Source of the DNA: Candidatus Iainarchaeum sp.
GTDB taxonomy: Archaea; Iainarchaeota; Iainarchaeia; Iainarchaeales; CSSED10-239
Length of the DNA: 32,000 nucleotides
Assembly: GCA_037441475.1 (NCBI GenBank)
Contig: JBBISB010000001.1
Span: 36,418 to 68,417 of the forward strand
Reading direction: 5' to 3'
Below, piece by piece: positions 26,411 to 32,000 of this stretch. The notes below the pieces were generated by a model. That model did no database searches and was not told where the DNA came from. It worked only from the letters and a program-made list of their open reading frames with translations. Numbering within the stretch: the first letter of the stretch is position 1; each line of letters begins with the position of its first letter. The translations under genes and the position numbers were made by a program.

Positions 26411-28651
26411 TTAAAACATCATGTTAGCTAAGATAGTTGTTAAGATAAAAAGAATAGTTGCAACAGGAAGAGTTTGTGCAATCCTTACTTTTGTTAAAAT
26501 ACTGTTCTCTTGCTCTATCATGGTTGTAAAGTAAACAATAATTATAACAATCTGTATAACATAGATAGCAACAATTATTAAAAATGTTGTAGAATCTGCA
26601 AACTTTGCAATATTTGTAGGGTCAATGGAGGTACCTAGACCAGAGATACTTGAAGTGTTTATACTTCCACCAATAGCACTCACTCCTGAGCTTATACCTT
26701 GAACCATCTTATCCATATCATCCATAACATTACTTGAGGCAATGGAATTTAGAGTTGACATTACTATTCTTTGAAGAGCAGTTGTTATACCTAAGATAAT
26801 AGGTGCAATATACTTAGCCATACTGTTTAATGTCCCTGTAATATCTGCAATCAAGCTTGAAAGCATTTTAGAAACTTCATCTGTATTTCTAAGTTGCATA
26901 GAATAAGACATTAATGTCTTTGCAGCAACTGAAACTCCAAGCTGTACTGAATCAACAACTAATAGCATTGCACTATTAATTAATCTTGAAGGATTGTTCT
27001 TTAAAGCACCGTAGTTAGGATCAAACAATGAGGCCTTTAAATTAAGACCCATTATTCTTATATTGTCCAAGGTTTTTGCAAAAACATTTTGTGCAATCAA
27101 AGAGTTTGGTAAAAAGTTTCTTGTATGGTTTAAGGCCTCTTCAATAGGTTTATTTTCACCAAGTCTACTTGCAATAATGTAAAGAGCATCCTTAAACTCT
27201 TCTTCCATTTTTTGTGATTTTACCTGAACTCTTCTTTTGTAGATACTTGTTCCATAAAGATAAATTGATATTAAAAAACTTATTAATAGTAAGGAACCAT
27301 AAATGATATAGTAAGGAGTTGTGTCATTCTCTGTTTTTAACCAAAAATCCCTCTCAGTTTGACATTGGAACTTAGATTCTTTAGCTTTTAAAACAAGCTC
27401 CTCTGTGGTACACATAAAATCAGCATCACTTACACTTTCTCCTTCTGAGATGTACCCTTCATTAAGAAGAATATTGTATTTTGTTTTTCCTAAAGTGCTT
27501 TGCAGAAAAACACTTGTCCCTATTAAGATAACTCCAACAATTATCATTAACATAAAAACATTTATTTTAAAATTTCCAAAAACCATAGTGTTTTTAGGAG
27601 GAAGATCAGGGTGGTTATCAGGGATTACAGGTGGAAGGTACGTTATTGGTCTTTCCCTTATTACCTTTCTTGCAAAGATAAAACAACCTAAGGGAATTGC
27701 AATATTGTAAATTAAGATTAAATAAACTGGTCTTGCAAGAGAAGAATCTGAGAAAGCAGAACCAACTGGTAGAATAATTATTAAAAGAAGAGGAAGTAGA
27801 ATACCTAAATAAAACATAACCATTGCAGGTTGAGATAAACCCCTTGCATACTCTTCAAGTTTTCCTTTTATAGAAGAAAGAGTATCCTCCATGGTGTTAT
27901 CTAGGATTTGATATCTTTTTGATTCTGAAATTTCAATAACACTTGATCTTATTTTCATTAAAGACTTTTTAAACTCTTGAGAGACATCTCCCCATTTATA
28001 GGCAAGCTCATCAACAGCCTCAGCAACACTTCCTTTAATACCGACCTTAACTTCCCATAATAAAGTTTTTAGGTCCTCAGCTATCTTTCCATGACCATGG
28101 TTTGATGCAAACTCAATTGCTTTTTCAAGGTTTGGTACAAGTTTCATAGACATTATCATATACCCTAAGATTTCAGGAACAAAGGTTAAGGCATATACTT
28201 TTTCAAGATCAACTTTTCTTTGTGGATAGTTTTTAAAATAATTTATGGCATAGATGTATCCTATTAAAGGACCACCAATTGAAAAAATAGTTGGAATCAT
28301 TGCACTTCCAAACATCTTAATTAAGCTTGGCATTGCATAAAGATATAAAAGTAAGACTGTTACAAAAGTTATTATAAATCCACCAAAGATAACTGTCTTA
28401 TAACCAGCAAAATATTCTTCTGACTTTAAATCCCATTTTAGAAAGTCAATAGCATTTTGTAACTTTTCATCAAATTTTGTGTTTCTACCAAGAGAAGGAA
28501 ATTGTTGATATGCCTTTTTACAAAAAACAACATATTTATTTTCAACTTTTTTTGAAAGTCTTTCTTCATCTAGAGAAAAATCTCTTGCTTCTATGGATAT
28601 TGAACTATACAACTGGCCAGGGCTTTTTCTTGGTGTTTTTGTCTGATCCAT
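26411..28651 (-). CDS. ArlJ/TadC/PilC-like membrane platform protein (T2SSF-type, apparently duplicated)
   Basis: 746 aa; two halves each with cytoplasmic helical segment and TM pairs (EVKVGIKGSVAEAVDELAYKWGD...FKKSLMKI; HTRNFLPNSLIAQNVF...LISSLIADITGTLNSM). Confidence 0.72.
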   Translation of the reverse strand: MDQTKTPRKSPGQLYSSISIEARDFSLDEERLSKKVENKYVVFCKKAYQQFPSLGRNTKFDEKLQNAIDFLKWDLKSEEYFAGYKTVIFGGFIITFVTVLLLYLYAMPSLIKMFGSAMIPTIFSIGGPLIGYIYAINYFKNYPQRKVDLEKVYALTFVPEILGYMIMSMKLVPNLEKAIEFASNHGHGKIAEDLKTLLWEVKVGIKGSVAEAVDELAYKWGDVSQEFKKSLMKIRSSVIEISESKRYQILDNTMEDTLSSIKGKLEEYARGLSQPAMVMFYLGILLPLLLIIILPVGSAFSDSSLARPVYLILIYNIAIPLGCFIFARKVIRERPITYLPPVIPDNHPDLPPKNTMVFGNFKINVFMLMIIVGVILIGTSVFLQSTLGKTKYNILLNEGYISEGESVSDADFMCTTEELVLKAKESKFQCQTERDFWLKTENDTTPYYIIYGSLLLISFLISIYLYGTSIYKRRVQVKSQKMEEEFKDALYIIASRLGENKPIEEALNHTRNFLPNSLIAQNVFAKTLDNIRIMGLNLKASLFDPNYGALKNNPSRLINSAMLLVVDSVQLGVSVAAKTLMSYSMQLRNTDEVSKMLSSLIADITGTLNSMAKYIAPIILGITTALQRIVMSTLNSIASSNVMDDMDKMVQGISSGVSAIGGSINTSSISGLGTSIDPTNIAKFADSTTFLIIVAIYVIQIVIIIVYFTTMIEQENSILTKVRIAQTLPVATILFILTTILANMMF

Positions 28652-28769
28652 ATATCTTTCTTCTTTAATGATTTTTACAAAATTATATAAAATTGTATAT
28701 AGATATATTTTTATATGTGTCCATTTATAAATTTTATGTAAAACAATTATTTTAGAAGGTGATTTATAG

Positions 28770-28961
28770 ATGGTTATTAAAGTTAAGCAAGATTACCAAG
28801 CTTGTATTGGATGTGGGGGGTGTGTTTCTGTATGTCCTGACAATTGGAAATTTTCATCAGAAAAACCAAAACCAATAAAGACAGAAGTAAAAGAAGTTGG
28901 GTGTAATAAACAAGCAGCTGATGTTTGTCCTGTCCAGTGTATTACAATTGAAGAAGATTAA
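28770..28961 (+). CDS. Ferredoxin, single [4Fe-4S], thermophile-type
   Basis: ACIGCGGCVSVCPDNW ... GCNKQAADVCPVQCITIEED; SD AGAAGGTGAT upstream. Confidence 0.92.
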   Translation: MVIKVKQDYQACIGCGGCVSVCPDNWKFSSEKPKPIKTEVKEVGCNKQAADVCPVQCITIEED

Positions 28962-29003
28962 AAATTGAAAATTAAATTTATTTAATAAAAACAAATTTAC
29001 TGG

Positions 29004-29867
29004 TTGACTATATTTATGAGCACAAGAAGATTAAAGTTTGGACCAGCTGGTTTTGGTGGAACAATCATAGAAATACCCAAAAATAGTAAAAACCCAACAG
29101 GGGCTGCTGTCTTAGGGGTATCTAAACTTGGTCTTGAAGCTTTAGAAATTGAATTCGTGAGGTCTGTATACCTTAAAGGCTCTGCACCTGAAAAACTTGA
29201 TGAGATTAAAAATAACTCCATAGAGAAAGATGTTAATATCAGTATACATGCTCCTTATTTTATTAACCTTAATGCTGTGGAAGAACAGAAAATTATTAAC
29301 TCTCACAGATACATTTTAGATTCTTTAAATATTGGACAAGAGATTAATGCAAGGGTTGTTGTTTGCCATATAGGTTATTTTTTAAAACAAGAACCTAAAA
29401 AAGTTTTAAAAAATATTTCTCATGAAATATCTTTAATTGAGGATAAGTATAAGGGAGATATAAAACTTGGAATTGAACTAACTGGTAAAAAAACACAAGT
29501 AGGCTCAATTGATGAAATTTTTTACTTTATTGATAAGTGCCCTAAGTTTGTGATGCCTGTAATTGACTTTGCTCATCAACATGCAAGAGAGAATGGTTAT
29601 TTTAAGGATACAAAAAACGTTTCTTTATTTTTTGAAAAATTAAAAAGTTATCCTGAGATTTTTAAAAATATGCATATACATATGTCAGGCATAGCTTACA
29701 GCGAGAAAGGAGAAAGGCATCATTTACCTTTTAGAGAAGCAGATTTTCCTTATAAAGAAATTTTAGAAAAACTAAAAGATAATAAAGCAAATGGTACTGT
29801 TATTTGTGAGTCTCCTGAAATTGTTGAGGATGCTCTTTTTTTAAAAGAAGTTTATGAAAAGTTATAG
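29004..29867 (+). CDS. Endonuclease IV-like TIM-barrel AP endonuclease
   Basis: FGPAGFGG, ISIHAPYFINL, RVVVCHIGYF, IGIELTGKKTQVGSIDEI, PVIDFAHQHAR, HMHMSGIAY, GTVICESP; metal-ligand pattern of Nfo/AP2Ec. Confidence 0.85.
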   Translation: MTIFMSTRRLKFGPAGFGGTIIEIPKNSKNPTGAAVLGVSKLGLEALEIEFVRSVYLKGSAPEKLDEIKNNSIEKDVNISIHAPYFINLNAVEEQKIINSHRYILDSLNIGQEINARVVVCHIGYFLKQEPKKVLKNISHEISLIEDKYKGDIKLGIELTGKKTQVGSIDEIFYFIDKCPKFVMPVIDFAHQHARENGYFKDTKNVSLFFEKLKSYPEIFKNMHIHMSGIAYSEKGERHHLPFREADFPYKEILEKLKDNKANGTVICESPEIVEDALFLKEVYEKL

Positions 29868-29910
29868 CCTATTTATTTTGTTTTTAGAAATAAAAAGAAT
29901 AAAAGGAAAC

Positions 29911-30198
29911 TTATAAAAGTTCCCAATCTGAGTTTTTAGATTTATCTCCAAACTTGCTTTTAACTTTATCGTCAACGTTTGCAAATTCTTCTTTCTTTTC
30001 AGATAATGTGGATTTAGCTTCAATGAAGTTTGCTCTATTAACAACAGTACTTCCTTGTTTTTTGTAATTATTTATTCTATCTATAGAATCTTCCTTAAAC
30101 TCACTCTTATGGTTACAAGAAAGACATTGATGTTTCTTTTCTGCAGGTATGTATTTTACATTTAATGAAAAGCAGTTTGAACAGTATTTATATAACAT
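29911..30198 (-). CDS. Small zinc-ribbon protein
   Basis: YCSNCFSLNVKYIPAEKKHQCLSCNHKSEF (CxxC-x15-CxxC). Confidence 0.65.
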   Translation of the reverse strand: MLYKYCSNCFSLNVKYIPAEKKHQCLSCNHKSEFKEDSIDRINNYKKQGSTVVNRANFIEAKSTLSEKKEEFANVDDKVKSKFGDKSKNSDWELL

Positions 30199-30312
30199 TT
30201 TATATCACGACCTATTTACCTATATCTAATATCACAATTGATTTTTCTTTTAAGTTTAAAAGTAATAGAAGATATAGTTAGAAATCTTTAAAAAGATATT
30301 GGTCACTAAAAG

Positions 30313-31147
30313 TTAACTATATTTACTTAATATCGATTTTGATTCTAAATAGGCTTCATCTATAATTAATTGAAGTGTTTTATTACTTTTATCTTTAAGT
30401 GGTTTTTTAATAGGTTGAATTAATATTGCTTTTTTTTTGTAGTTATTTTTTTTATTTTTTCATTAAAGAAGGTTTTTTGCGACGAAGCAATATATTGTTT
30501 AATTACATTAGATATACTTATTTTTTCTTCAATAAAGTTTAAATTTCTCATACTAGTGTCTACAATTATTATGTATTTATAATTATTAATGTCTTTAATT
30601 TGAAATGGACTAAAAGGGCCTATATCTACTAATAGATAATCTTTAAGTTTATATGGTGGGAAGATGCCTGGAATTGAAATACTTGAAAAAATAGCATCGT
30701 AGAGGGTTATCTTCCTAGGATATATTAAAATTTTATTTTTGTCTTTAAGACCTTTATTTGTAAATATTAATTCTTTTCCTGATTTAAGATCTAATGTGTT
30801 AATTTGCAAGTTAATTTTTAATTTATCAAAGGTAGTATTTTTTAAAGAATTTTTAATTGTTTTTTTTATCTTATTATTATTAAAAATACTTTCATTATTT
30901 AAATTTATATCAAAAAAGTTAAATAATTTTAGATCTAGTCCTTCTGTTTTTAATATCATTTTATCTGGACTTTGACCAGTTGCAATTAAAGAAGCTGTGA
31001 TTGAACCAAAGGAGGTTCCTTTAACAGATGTAATTTTTAGGTTATTTTTTTTATAAATTCATCAATAGCTTTATAAACTCCAAATTGAGCATATCCTCTT
31101 GCTTCTCCACCACTAAATATTATGGCAATTTCATTTTTATGATTCAT
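30313..31147 (-). pseudogene. Patatin-like phospholipase, interrupted by two -1 frameshifts in A-runs
   Basis: N-term frame (31037..31147): MNHKNEIAIIFSGGEARGYAQFGVYKAIDEF. After T8 run 31045-31052 the next frame gives NNLKITSVKGTSFGSITASLIATG (GxSxG). The middle matches ORF 30420..30959 (SIPGIFPPYKLKDYLLVDIG). After T9 run 30430-30438 the frame gives AILIQPIKKPLKDKSNKTLQLIIDEAYLESKSILSKYS*. Confidence 0.82.
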
Positions 31148-31259
31148 ATTTTATACCTTTTATAATAAATTAATGTTTAAAAACATTTATTAAAGTTTTC
31201 ATCTATATATCTTTAAGATCATAGAAATATGTTCTTTATATATTAAACGTGATAATAAG

Positions 31260-32000
31260 ATGGAACTGAATGAAAAGAATTTAGGCGTAATTGCTTTTGG
31301 TGTTAAAACAGGAATTATTACTTTCAAAGATGATATTGTAGAGGTTGTAAAAAACTCCTTTAAAAAAGAAAAAGACTTAGTAAAGGATGGAGATATTGTT
31401 TGTATAACAGAGGCTGTTGTTGCAATTACTCAACATAACTATGTTTATTTAGATGATATTTCTCAAGAGATTAAAAAGAAACTTAAACTTAAAGAAAAAT
31501 CTACAATCGGAGTAATCTACCCTATTCTTTCAAGAAATAGATTTTCAATGATATTAAAGGGAATATCAAAAGCAGCATCTAAGGGTAAGATAATTATACA
31601 ACTAAAGTTTCCTGATGATGAACAAGGAAATCCTATTATTGACCATAAGATGCTTAAAAAATTAAATAAAATTAATGAAGACATAATAACAACTAAAGAT
31701 ATTGGAAAGAATAGATTCTTACATCCTGAAACTGGTCTTGACTATATTGCTTTTTATGAATCAATTGTTAAGCAGCAAGGCCTAGATGTTGAAGTTTATT
31801 TAGCAAACTCAACAAAGTTTTTAATAGATAAAAAACCAGATGCAATAATTGTGTCAAATGTACATCATAGAAACGATACTATTTCTTCAATAAAGAGAAG
31901 AGGGTATAAGAATGTAATAACTTTACAAGACATCTGTTCAGATTCTTCAAAAAAAGCATACTCTGAGTATGGTTTATTAGGTTCAAATATTTTAGATCCT
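31260..32000 (+). CDS. Coenzyme F420-0:L-glutamate ligase-like (CofE-type) protein, truncated by window end
   Basis: Open frame absent from the track: MELNEKNLGVIAFGVKTGIITFKDDIVEVVKNSFKKEKDLVKDGDIVCITEAVVAITQ ... IGVIYPILSRNRFSMILKGISKAA. DGDIVCITEAVV and PILSRNRFS resemble the CofE family. Confidence 0.55.
   Translation, partial: MELNEKNLGVIAFGVKTGIITFKDDIVEVVKNSFKKEKDLVKDGDIVCITEAVVAITQHNYVYLDDISQEIKKKLKLKEKSTIGVIYPILSRNRFSMILKGISKAASKGKIIIQLKFPDDEQGNPIIDHKMLKKLNKINEDIITTKDIGKNRFLHPETGLDYIAFYESIVKQQGLDVEVYLANSTKFLIDKKPDAIIVSNVHHRNDTISSIKRRGYKNVITLQDICSDSSKKAYSEYGLLGSNILDP

Overview
This 32-kb window is AT-rich and archaeal. The best evidence is a tRNA-Tyr(GUA) with a 55-nt intron at position 37/38 that folds a textbook bulge-helix-bulge splice motif, plus GGTG/GAGGTG Shine-Dalgarno sequences and archaeal class III (prepilin-type) signal peptides. 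Gene content looks like a DPANN/Woesearchaeota-type genome (inference). Recognisable genes are the thymidine kinase C-terminus, YjbQ, two alpha/beta hydrolases, CorA, desulfoferrodoxin, a membrane-anchored thioredoxin-fold protein, a CPBP protease, GlmS, an ArsR regulator, a glutaredoxin-like protein, a DHH phosphoesterase, class II LysRS, a ferredoxin, an endonuclease IV-like protein, a patatin and a CofE-like ligase. The strongest candidate for an undescribed system is the minus-strand block 15669..28651. It holds a double-length ArlJ/TadC-like membrane platform gene, at least six small single-TM proteins (several with class III signal peptides), two polytopic membrane proteins, and a 1639-aa signal-peptide/C-terminal-TM protein, with no ATPase in the window. 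The second is an 810-aa protein built almost entirely of 10-residue [FY]-T-A-K-[ED]-L-x-x-[AV]-G repeats. Three conserved genes (corA, glmS, patatin) are interrupted by in-frame stops or single-A deletions. These could be sequencing/assembly errors, gene decay or recoding; the sequence alone cannot decide. Several small genes missing from the ORF track were also found.
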